From: Bacteroidales bacterium
GTDB lineage: Bacteria; Bacteroidota; Bacteroidia; Bacteroidales; PUMT01
Assembly (NCBI GenBank): GCA_007132715.1
Contig: SLOE01000047.1
Location: 24,741-88,740 of the forward strand
Length of the DNA stretch: 64,000 bases
Reading direction: 5' to 3'
Shown here: piece by piece, positions 50,111 to 57,759 of the stretch
Position numbering within the stretch: the stretch's first letter is position 1
Layout: every line of letters begins with the position of its first letter
Program-made: the position numbers and the translations under genes
The notes under the pieces: generated by a model
The model's database searches: none
The model's input: the letters and a program-made list of their open reading frames with translations, nothing else
Told to the model about the DNA's origin: nothing

Positions 50111-51049
50111 CTAGTGTGCATCTATTCCGTGGTACATAAAGAGGAGGTGGTCCATCGTCTTCACTATCTCTGTCATGTACTCGTTTACTGCCTTAACGCT
50201 TCCGGGAAGGGTGTAGACAAAGGCAGACCCCATAAGTCCGGCTACCCCCCTGCTGAGAAGCGCATTGGGCTTACCGGCGCCGTATTTCACCCTGATCATC
50301 TCCATAATACCAGGTATCTCCTTGTCAAGCATCGGCCTGACGACATCCGGACAGACATCCCGCACGCCGACACCAGTGCCGCCTGTGGTAATTATAAAGT
50401 CATACTGCCCCGTGCAGGACTTCTCAAGCAGGTCGCGCAGCTGCACCTCATCATCGGGCATGATAACATTATCAGTCTGTATTCCTCTTTTAAGCGGCCC
50501 AAAATGCTCCTCCAGAAACCTGTTTATGGCGGGACCGCTCCTGTCTTCATATTCGCCGCTGCTGGCCCTGTCGCTCAGGGTGATCACCAGGAAACGGTAT
50601 AGCCGGGGCACATATTCCATACGATCGCCAGCCTTCAGCCTTCCTCCCCTGATAACCCTGGCGAACACCCCCTCCTTTGGCATCACACAATTGCCGGTCT
50701 CGTTATAAATGGCGCAACCCGTACCGTGGCATTTCTTACCGATCTGGGTTATCTCCAGCCCGGCATTTTCTGATACGAACCTGTCGAAGGGCAATGTGTC
50801 TTTAAGCTCCAGACCTCTGGTGGTAATGTTTTCTGCAAACTCGCCCGGCCCGGGCAACCTGCCCAGCTCCTTTCCAAACCTCTTTACACTCTCCTCTCCC
50901 AGCAGGCTCACCTGCCTGTGCCATGATCCTGCATGAGCATCACCGTCTACTCCTTTGTCAACCAGCCGGATAAAAGGGACAGGTTTCTTAACAGTGCCCT
51001 TGGCTTCTGATATATTCACAGAAACTACTGTAAGTGCTTTTCTCTCCAT
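50111..51049 (-). CDS. Fusion of a MOSC domain with a MogA/MoaB-type molybdopterin adenylyltransferase domain
   Basis: 312 aa. The N-terminal MOSC-like part reads GDAHAGSWHRQVSLL...GKKCHGTGCAIY. The C-terminal part reads ITLSDRASSGEYEDRSGP...IITTGGTGVGVRDV. Confidence 0.85.
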   Translation of the reverse strand: MERKALTVVSVNISEAKGTVKKPVPFIRLVDKGVDGDAHAGSWHRQVSLLGEESVKRFGKELGRLPGPGEFAENITTRGLELKDTLPFDRFVSENAGLEITQIGKKCHGTGCAIYNETGNCVMPKEGVFARVIRGGRLKAGDRMEYVPRLYRFLVITLSDRASSGEYEDRSGPAINRFLEEHFGPLKRGIQTDNVIMPDDEVQLRDLLEKSCTGQYDFIITTGGTGVGVRDVCPDVVRPMLDKEIPGIMEMIRVKYGAGKPNALLSRGVAGLMGSAFVYTLPGSVKAVNEYMTEIVKTMDHLLFMYHGIDAH

Positions 51050-51062
51050 GATATGTATAAGT

Positions 51063-51713
51063 TCAGAACCTCCTTACTTCCCACTTTTTAATCTCATTCA
51101 ATGCAACATCGCCGTCACCCATTGCACGTAACTGCCTGACCCCCTCCCCTTTGCAAGAGCTGAACCAACTGACAATGATATCTACAATACCGGGATAATT
51201 ATCAAACAGTTCCTCGTATGTAACCGCCTGTATGACGCGCTGCCTTTTGCTTGCCGGTACGGCTAAAACAACCGGATCAGTCAGCCGGTTGCGCGGACCC
51301 TGTTCTTCGTCGAAATAGAGTACCAGGACAGGCACAACCTCTGTCAGTGTGCCCGTAGGAAGTGACTCACAAATTACCATTATTGCTACCGGCCGGCCGT
51401 CTCCACCCAGAACCGGATCGGTAAATGTTCCGGGTACAAAGCCATAGTTGGCAGGAAAAGGCAGAAAATCAACCATCTCCCTGCCGGTAATCTCCTGCTG
51501 CCCGGTAAGGAATTCACGCTGTTCGGGGTCCCAGGTTATAATCCGGTTTGTTCCTGCGGGTATCTCTATTACAGCGTTTACATTATCGCCTGAAAAAGAT
51601 GGTGTCCTGCTGAAATCATATGTCTTCCGGCTGCCACAACCGCACAACACCCATATAAGGATGACCGGTAACAGAACCATGAGCGTTGATGACGGGGTAA
51701 ATGATTTTACCAT
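51063..51713 (-). CDS. Family I inorganic pyrophosphatase-fold lipoprotein (catalytic residues partly substituted)
   Basis: The start is set at ATG 51713 (MVKSFTPSSTLMVLLPVILIWVLCGCGS, a lipobox-like LCGC). PPase-like blocks are VIEIPAGTN, FPANYGFVPGT and FDEEQG. The ATG shares one base with the moaC TAA (TAATG). Confidence 0.7.
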   Translation of the reverse strand: MVKSFTPSSTLMVLLPVILIWVLCGCGSRKTYDFSRTPSFSGDNVNAVIEIPAGTNRIITWDPEQREFLTGQQEITGREMVDFLPFPANYGFVPGTFTDPVLGGDGRPVAIMVICESLPTGTLTEVVPVLVLYFDEEQGPRNRLTDPVVLAVPASKRQRVIQAVTYEELFDNYPGIVDIIVSWFSSCKGEGVRQLRAMGDGDVALNEIKKWEVRRF

Positions 51714-52180
51714 TACTGAATCTCCTTTTTTGATTTTCCGGTCAGCGATATTCCCTCTATCACCATTGTTTTGTCGGCCGATTTGCACATGTCGTATATG
51801 GTAAGCAAGGCAACACCGGCAGCGGTCAGCGCCTCCATTTCAACACCGGTTCTGCCCGTACACCTGCATTCTGTCTTTACCTCAATGCCGTCATCCATTA
51901 TTGTAGCTGTAACATTTACCTGCGACAATTCCAGGTTATGACACAGTGGGATAAGGGCAGATGTCTGTTTGGCCGCCTGAATTCCGGCAATTTCCGAAAC
52001 CTTCAGAACATCACCCTTTTTTATACTGTTCCGGCGTACAAGCTCAACTGTCGGGGGCTGCATCCTTATATACCCCTGTGCCGTTGCAATTCGCAGTTGT
52101 TCGGGTTTATGGCCGACATCAACCATCGTGGCCTTGCCCTTGTTGTCGGTATGGGTCAGTTTCCTATCCATTTTGGTCAT
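51713..52180 (-). CDS. moaC: Cyclic pyranopterin monophosphate synthase
   Basis: 155 aa with MVDVGHK, GDVLKVSEIAGIQAAKQTSALIPLCH and GVEMEALTA. Confidence 0.93.
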   Translation of the reverse strand: MTKMDRKLTHTDNKGKATMVDVGHKPEQLRIATAQGYIRMQPPTVELVRRNSIKKGDVLKVSEIAGIQAAKQTSALIPLCHNLELSQVNVTATIMDDGIEVKTECRCTGRTGVEMEALTAAGVALLTIYDMCKSADKTMVIEGISLTGKSKKEIQ

Positions 52181-52995
52181 CCTCCGATATTATAAAAATG
52201 ATCTTTACTGCATGCGGTTCCATGCTCAGGTTTGTATGTCACCGCTGCAAGCAGGGCATTCCTTGCCCCGAGGGTACGCACATCAAAGGCTATATCGCTG
52301 AAAAGGCATGGCTTGACTTTCCCGCTGGCAGTCAGCCTCAGCCGGTTGCACCGGGGGCAGTCGCCTCCTTCTCCTCCTTCGACGATTGAAAACTCACCAC
52401 CGTCGAGGTCCATCTGGCGTATGAATCTGACCTGAAGACCCCTGTTATCAGCAAACTCCTTTACATCCCCGGCGCCGGACGAACCGGACGAACCGGATGA
52501 ACCGGACGAGCCGGCAACCACACAGTTTATCTTAACCGGGGTAAGCCCGGCCGACAGAGCCGCATCAATACCCCTTATCACATCGTCAATATTACCGCCC
52601 GAGGTCAGTTCACTGAATCTTGACCTGTCCATTGTGTCAAGGCTTACATTCACCCTCATCAGTCCTGCCTCGCGAAGGGGGCGGGCAAATTTTTCCAGCA
52701 AGACCCCGTTGGTGGTCATTGCAAGATCATTTACACCCCTTACGGAAGCGATCATACCGGTGAGCTTAACTATATCCCTCCTTACCAGTGGCTCTCCGCC
52801 GGTTATCCGCACCCTGTCAATTCCCATGGCAACTCCTTCGCGCACTACCTCAACTATCTCCCGGAACCTCAATATATCTTCATGCCTGAGCATCACAAAA
52901 TCACCGCAGGGCATGCAATACCGGCACCGCAGGTTGCACCTGTCGGTTACCGAAACACGCAGATAGTTAATCCTCCTGTTAAATCTGTCTAACAT
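52177..52995 (-). CDS. moaA: GTP 3',8-cyclase (radical SAM), short form ending in GG
   Basis: The ATG at 52995 gives MLDRFNRRINYLRVSVTDRCNLRCRYCMP (CxxxCxxC). The second cluster motif is CPRCNRLRLTASGKVKPC and the C-terminus is NIGG. The upstream GVG-type extension to 53028 was rejected. Confidence 0.9.
   Translation of the reverse strand: MLDRFNRRINYLRVSVTDRCNLRCRYCMPCGDFVMLRHEDILRFREIVEVVREGVAMGIDRVRITGGEPLVRRDIVKLTGMIASVRGVNDLAMTTNGVLLEKFARPLREAGLMRVNVSLDTMDRSRFSELTSGGNIDDVIRGIDAALSAGLTPVKINCVVAGSSGSSGSSGSSGAGDVKEFADNRGLQVRFIRQMDLDGGEFSIVEGGEGGDCPRCNRLRLTASGKVKPCLFSDIAFDVRTLGARNALLAAVTYKPEHGTACSKDHFYNIGG
52475..52510. repeat. Four tandem 9-bp units inside moaA encoding (SSG)4
   Basis: The plus strand reads ccggacgaa ccggacgaa ccggatgaa ccggacgag, and the coding strand gives GSSGSSGSSGSSGAG. 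Confidence 0.9.
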
Positions 52996-54181
52996 CAACC
53001 AAATCTCCTTTTTTGTATGAAAAGACACCTGCCGGCATTGCCATCAGTCCCCATGCATCAGTCAGGGCATGTATATGGGCCGAACCGTGATATTCCACGG
53101 GCACCACTCCGCCCCTTTCAGTTACAATAACCGGCGACCACGCCACCCTGTCAGCCTTCTTCCTGCTGTAGTCAACTGCTATTGGAAACCGCAATGCCGG
53201 CGAACGGTAATCATGACCGCTCATCCGGTAAAGCAGGGGCTTAACCAAAAGCTCAAATATGGTGAATGATGAAACGGGGTTGCCCGGCAGTCCGAAAACA
53301 AAAACATTGTCCCTGCGCCCGAATACTGTCGGACGACCCGGTTTTACCGCCACCTTTTCAAAAAACAGCGTAAATCCGGCTTCTTTGAGCACATGGGGGA
53401 CAAAGTCAAAATCGCCCATCGACACCCCGCCGGTAATAAGCAGAACATCATTTTCCTCCACAGCAGCTGTAACGGCTCCCATTGTTTCGGCAATGCTGTC
53501 GCCTGCAATGCCCCTGTAATCGCCAACACAGCCTGCGGCAGCCACCTGGGCCATCAACTGGCTCCCGTTGCTGTTGCGTATAGAGGTGCCCTCCGGTTTA
53601 ATATCCGGTTCAACGATCTCGTCGCCCGTTGTCAGCACCGCGACGCGGGGTTGCCTGTATACAACGGGGCGGGCACAGCCTGCCGAAGCAAGAATTGCTA
53701 TATGCTGCGGCCTTAGAAGAATCCCTTTCTCAAGGGCAGCGCTGCCCTCCCTCAGATCCTCACCTTTGAATGCAATGTTCACGGCTGTTTTGACCCCTGT
53801 AAACCTAATATGGTCTTCTCCGTCATTCCCGGTATGCTCAACCATTATAACACAGTCCGCTCCCTCAGGCACACGTGCACCTGTCATTATCCGCGCACAC
53901 TGACCCGGTCCGATCCGCTCCTGAGGTATATCACCTGCCTTTATTGTTCCGGTAACCCTGAGCCTGCCCCCGAGGTCTGCACGCCTGCAGGCAAAACCGT
54001 CCATTGCCGATTTGTTAAACGGCGGCATATCGGTATCTGATATGACATCCTCTGCAAGCACCCTGCCTGCAGCTTCGCTGAGATGGACCATTTCATCCTG
54101 CAGTTTGTCGGCAGCACCTTCAACCACCCTGAGGGCTTCGTCGAACGACATCATAGATATTATATTTTCACAGGTTAACAT
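52979..54181 (-). CDS. moeA: Molybdopterin molybdenum/tungsten transferase
   Basis: MoeA blocks are SFDEAL near the N-terminus, MDGFA, ITGGVSMGDFD and FGLPGNPVS. The start is ambiguous (ATG 54181, 54154 or 54151). The upstream part of the track ORF overlaps the mobB-like gene and was rejected. Confidence 0.88.
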   Translation of the reverse strand: MLTCENIISMMSFDEALRVVEGAADKLQDEMVHLSEAAGRVLAEDVISDTDMPPFNKSAMDGFACRRADLGGRLRVTGTIKAGDIPQERIGPGQCARIMTGARVPEGADCVIMVEHTGNDGEDHIRFTGVKTAVNIAFKGEDLREGSAALEKGILLRPQHIAILASAGCARPVVYRQPRVAVLTTGDEIVEPDIKPEGTSIRNSNGSQLMAQVAAAGCVGDYRGIAGDSIAETMGAVTAAVEENDVLLITGGVSMGDFDFVPHVLKEAGFTLFFEKVAVKPGRPTVFGRRDNVFVFGLPGNPVSSFTIFELLVKPLLYRMSGHDYRSPALRFPIAVDYSRKKADRVAWSPVIVTERGGVVPVEYHGSAHIHALTDAWGLMAMPAGVFSYKKGDLVDVRQI

Positions 54182-54233
54182 CACACAAAAATAAGCAATT
54201 ATCCGCACCTTACCTTGCTGTTCCGGCCGGAGC

Positions 54234-54782
54234 TCAAGCACCGTCAGTATGCCAACCCCTTTTATCCAGTGCGATCCTTTCAGGCGGCGGGTCAAAGGAG
54301 GCGCCGTCTGAACTGACTGTAACATCTGCCAGGTGGATAAGATCTGCAACGCTCTTCTTCGTGTTCTCATCACCCTCTCTCCTGACCAATATGAACAGGC
54401 CGGGGCGGACTATCTTTCTCAGCCTTGCAGATTCGGCTATAATAACAGCATGCCGGTCGACAACCCTGAAAAAGTGGTCCAGCCCCTCTTCCAGGAACTC
54501 ATCCTTTGTCCGAAGATAAAAAGCCCGGAAAGCTCCGGCCAACAGCATCTTAGAGCTGTCCTTCACCCCGTCACGGCAGGTCTCCTCGAGTAGCCGGAAT
54601 TTTTCGGGCGGAGGGGCATGCCGGCCGTGATACTGGTCATTACCGGGTTTTATTCCGGATATTTTCAGGGTAATGATCTCCTTATCGCACGACAGCCTCC
54701 TGATGATGCGGCACAGATACTCTGTTTTCCCGGCATTGCGTCCTGTACCGCCTGCTATAAGCATGTTCTTCAACACCCTCAT
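54234..54782 (-). CDS. P-loop protein, MobB-like (tentative)
   Basis: 182 aa with the Walker A-like GGTGRNAGKT. Its position between the transporter and moeA, and the ATGA overlap with the upstream gene, support it. The family call is weak. Confidence 0.45.
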   Translation of the reverse strand: MRVLKNMLIAGGTGRNAGKTEYLCRIIRRLSCDKEIITLKISGIKPGNDQYHGRHAPPPEKFRLLEETCRDGVKDSSKMLLAGAFRAFYLRTKDEFLEEGLDHFFRVVDRHAVIIAESARLRKIVRPGLFILVRREGDENTKKSVADLIHLADVTVSSDGASFDPPPERIALDKRGWHTDGA

Positions 54783-55837
54783 CTTCTTATGTATTTAATT
54801 GCTGATGCCTTCAGGCTGACCCACACCTTTTTTTCCGGTACGAGCCTCAGAGATGCCACCGACTCTTCCGACACCAGCGCACCCAGCTCCATGCCTATAT
54901 CAACCATCACCTCGGTCCCGATACGCGCGGGCTGAACGGACTTAACCATTCCCAAAAAATTATTCACGGCCGAAGTGGATGGTTTTGAGACCGAAATAAC
55001 AATATCTTCAGCCCTTACCACAACAAAGCCTTCACCAGCAGGCTCATCGCTCAGCAGGGTAAACCTGATGCCTCCTGCAATGAAGTTTCTCAGTGTTCCT
55101 GTATCACCGCCGAGGGCACCGCAAAAAATATTCCTGATACCTACAAACCGGGCAACAAATTCGGAACCTGGATTCAAAAACACCTCAGCCGGAGTGCCGG
55201 TCTGCACCACCGTGCCGTTCTCAATCACGCCTATCCGACCGGCCAGCATTGCAGCCTCCTCGTAATCATGTGTTACATGAATGATAGTCTGTCCACTGCC
55301 GTTTATCTCTCTCAGCAAAGCCCTGAGGTCGGACCGTAGCTGAACGTCAAGCGAAGAGAGCGGCTCATCGAGCAGCAGAAGCTCAGGCTCCGGAGCAAGG
55401 GCACGTGCCAGGGCAACCCTTTGCTGTTCGCCCCCGCTAAGGTTGCGGGGTGAACGTTTCAGCAGGTGACCCACCCTCGTTATCTCCGCAAGCTGACCTA
55501 CCCGCCGGAGCACCTCCTTGCTTACCATCCCCGCCGATACCAGCGGGTATGCAATATTGCCGTAAACACTCATATGAGGAAAAAGGGTCGAATCCTGGAA
55601 GACCAGTCCCACTCCCCGCTTCTGTATCTTTTGGTGTGTTATATCCCTGCCGCCCAGGATCACGCGTCCACCGTCAGGCCGTATCAGTCCCCCCACAACC
55701 TGCAGCACTACACTCTTCCCGGCACCCGACATACCAAGGAGTACGAAGTACCCGCCCGGGTCAGCTTCAAAGCTGACATCCCTCAGCTCAAATTTGCCGA
55801 GCCTGACTGATATGTTTTCAACTTTCAGCATTGTCAT
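54779..55837 (-). CDS. wtpC: ABC transporter ATP-binding subunit with C-terminal TOBE/Mop-like domain (tungstate/molybdate type)
   Basis: Walker A GMSGAGKS, signature LSGGEQQRVALARAL and Walker B LLLLDEP. The start is ATG 55837 or 55831. Confidence 0.88.
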   Translation of the reverse strand: MTMLKVENISVRLGKFELRDVSFEADPGGYFVLLGMSGAGKSVVLQVVGGLIRPDGGRVILGGRDITHQKIQKRGVGLVFQDSTLFPHMSVYGNIAYPLVSAGMVSKEVLRRVGQLAEITRVGHLLKRSPRNLSGGEQQRVALARALAPEPELLLLDEPLSSLDVQLRSDLRALLREINGSGQTIIHVTHDYEEAAMLAGRIGVIENGTVVQTGTPAEVFLNPGSEFVARFVGIRNIFCGALGGDTGTLRNFIAGGIRFTLLSDEPAGEGFVVVRAEDIVISVSKPSTSAVNNFLGMVKSVQPARIGTEVMVDIGMELGALVSEESVASLRLVPEKKVWVSLKASAIKYIRR

Positions 55838-56606
55838 ATTTTGATGAAAGCATGCGCAGCAGCACAAAAAAGGCCAGGCAGACGCAGATGAACACAACCG
55901 CTACGGGCCGTGCATATGCAAGTCCGAATGCCCCGAAGCGTTCATAGATAAGCACCGGGGTGATCATCGGATGGTACGCAACTATCACTACGGCACCGAA
56001 CTCGCTCATGCCCCGGGCCCACATCATTATCATTCCCGATACTATTGACCTCCATGCAAGAGGCAGGCTTACCGTGAAAAAGACACGTGCCGGAGAGGCG
56101 CCCAGAACCAGAGCGGCCTTTTCAAGCCTTTCGGGAACCGCTGCAAAGCCGTCCCTTGCCGCGTTGACCAGGAACGGGATGCTTACAAATGCCATCGCCA
56201 GTATAATGCCGGGTGCGCTTCCCACGAAGTTCAGTCCCACACTCTCCCCCAGTCTCCCTACCACGGTATCTCTCGATACGAAACCCAGTATTGCTATACC
56301 TGCTGCCGAGTGCGGTATGACAACCGGAACGTCTATAATGGCGGAGACCAGCTTCTTTAAAGGAAAATTCTTCCTGGCCAGAACCCAGGCGAACGGTATG
56401 GCGGCAATCCCGAATATAATGGTGGCCAGCATCGAGGTCCACAATGTAAGCCCTATGCTTCGCGCCACTTCCCTGTCGGCAGCCGTCTCAAAAAATTCTG
56501 CCGGTGAGGTGGCAATGAACATCCCGGCAAGAGGCGCTATTATGAAAAGCAGCACCAATCCCCCAAGCAGGACAAACACCAGTCTCATCGTATCAAACCC
56601 TTTCAT
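55818..56606 (-). CDS. wtpB: ABC transporter permease (ModB/WtpB type)
   Basis: Multiple TM segments and an EAA-like loop (LEKAALVLGASPARVFFTVSLPLA). The start is ATG 56606 or 56588. The TTG extension to 56711 is unlikely. Confidence 0.88.
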   Translation of the reverse strand: MKGFDTMRLVFVLLGGLVLLFIIAPLAGMFIATSPAEFFETAADREVARSIGLTLWTSMLATIIFGIAAIPFAWVLARKNFPLKKLVSAIIDVPVVIPHSAAGIAILGFVSRDTVVGRLGESVGLNFVGSAPGIILAMAFVSIPFLVNAARDGFAAVPERLEKAALVLGASPARVFFTVSLPLAWRSIVSGMIMMWARGMSEFGAVVIVAYHPMITPVLIYERFGAFGLAYARPVAVVFICVCLAFFVLLRMLSSKYDNAES

Positions 56607-56726
56607 ATTGCTCGCACATGATAACAATTTCCGGACGTTTTCCGGCCGAAATTTATGCTTTTTCAAAAGAGTACAACAGCCAAATACCACCAAACTCCTC
56701 TTTCTCCCCAACCTGCCCGTTCCTGT

Positions 56727-57683
56727 TCACTCTGCCATCACGAACTGCCTGAGGCTTTCGGGCACCATCCCGTATGTTGAAGATACTGCCGGCACAATAC
56801 TGTTCTGGCCGTTGCGCTCCATGATTGCCTGTCCCTCCCCCGAAAGAAAAAATTTAACAAACTCCTCTGCCATTAAACTATTCCGGGTTTTATTCGGAAT
56901 GGTGATGCCGTAAATCATCGCCTCACCGGTCTCCGTCATCGTCTCTCCCGGACGGGTTCCCCTGACCTCAACGCTCGCCCTGGCGTACCAGTCATTCAGT
57001 CCGGGATCCTTCAGGTTCAGCTCGCCGGGAAGCACCACGAACTGTAGTCGGTGCTGCTCGGCCACCGAACGGTACAGGAATATATAGTCGAGTGCGTTCT
57101 TCTCAAGCAATGCGAGCAGATCGGTCTCCTTGGGCCTTATCATGTTGCGGTGGCGGGAAAGGAGCCTTTCAGAGAGTCCCGGCTCACCGTAATATATCTC
57201 AGCAAGACGGGTAACAAATACCGACCTCACCCCGCACGGGTCCGAATCGGGATCCGACCTGCCATAGACAACATCATCCCTCAGCAGCACACGGTACCAG
57301 TTGTCTGCATCAATCTCATCACTGTAGCGCGACCCATGATTGTATACAATTGCCATCTCGTTACCCGCAAAGGGGATGTTCCAGGAAGCATGGTCAGGCA
57401 CCAGTAATATGTCAATCACCCTGTAATCGGCCGATATAAATACATCACACGGCACATCCAGGTCGCTTATCCTCCTCGCTCCCGCCTTGCTGCCCCAGGC
57501 CTCGGTCAGGACTCTCGCTCCCGGGTTGCGGGCCTCGAATGAGTCGGCTGCTTCGCGTACCGGTACCGAGAGGCTGCCCGCATGGATGATCCGCAGTGTC
57601 TCTGAAGGGTCGCCGCAGGAATGCAGTACCCCGACCAGGCAGGATAATATTAATAACGGAAAAAACATCGCACACCTGAACAT
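56727..57683 (-). CDS. wtpA: WtpA-type (archaeal-like) tungstate/molybdate-binding lipoprotein
   Basis: By-eye alignment to remembered Pyrococcus WtpA blocks finds HAGSL, EAWGS, ADY, DPCGVRS, YGITIP and EEFVKFFLSGEGQ. The signal and lipobox are CLVGVLHSCG. The ATG is at 57683. Confidence 0.8.
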   Translation of the reverse strand: MFRCAMFFPLLILSCLVGVLHSCGDPSETLRIIHAGSLSVPVREAADSFEARNPGARVLTEAWGSKAGARRISDLDVPCDVFISADYRVIDILLVPDHASWNIPFAGNEMAIVYNHGSRYSDEIDADNWYRVLLRDDVVYGRSDPDSDPCGVRSVFVTRLAEIYYGEPGLSERLLSRHRNMIRPKETDLLALLEKNALDYIFLYRSVAEQHRLQFVVLPGELNLKDPGLNDWYARASVEVRGTRPGETMTETGEAMIYGITIPNKTRNSLMAEEFVKFFLSGEGQAIMERNGQNSIVPAVSSTYGMVPESLRQFVMAE

Positions 57684-57705
57684 AGTCAAAAGCGACAAAT
57701 ATGAT

Positions 57706-57740
57706 AAAAAAAGCCCGGAAGGAACCCCTGCCAGGCTTTT
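57706..57740 (-). terminator. Strong hairpin plus T7 between aor and wtpA
   Basis: The minus strand reads AAAAGCCtGGcAGG-ggtt-CCTtCCgGGCTTTTTTT. It starts 19 nt after the aor stop and ends 22 nt before the wtpA ATG. Confidence 0.6.
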
Positions 57741-57759
57741 GAATAAAGCAATAAACTTT

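Noticed and set aside
56607-56726. Moco (molybdenum/tungsten cofactor) riboswitch, looked for in the 120-nt wtpA-wtpB spacer and in the aor leader (59920-60154)
   Set aside because: I could not find the conserved GC-rich helices or the GCCUCC-type 3' element remembered from the E. coli moaA Moco RNA. The aor leader is A/C-rich and essentially unstructured. A covariance-model scan would be needed for a definitive negative.
55960-56913. 317-aa plus-strand ORF
   Set aside because: It is antisense to the wtpB permease and the end of wtpA. The sequence is Ala/Ser/Thr/Pro-rich with no motifs, and the minus-strand genes are well supported.
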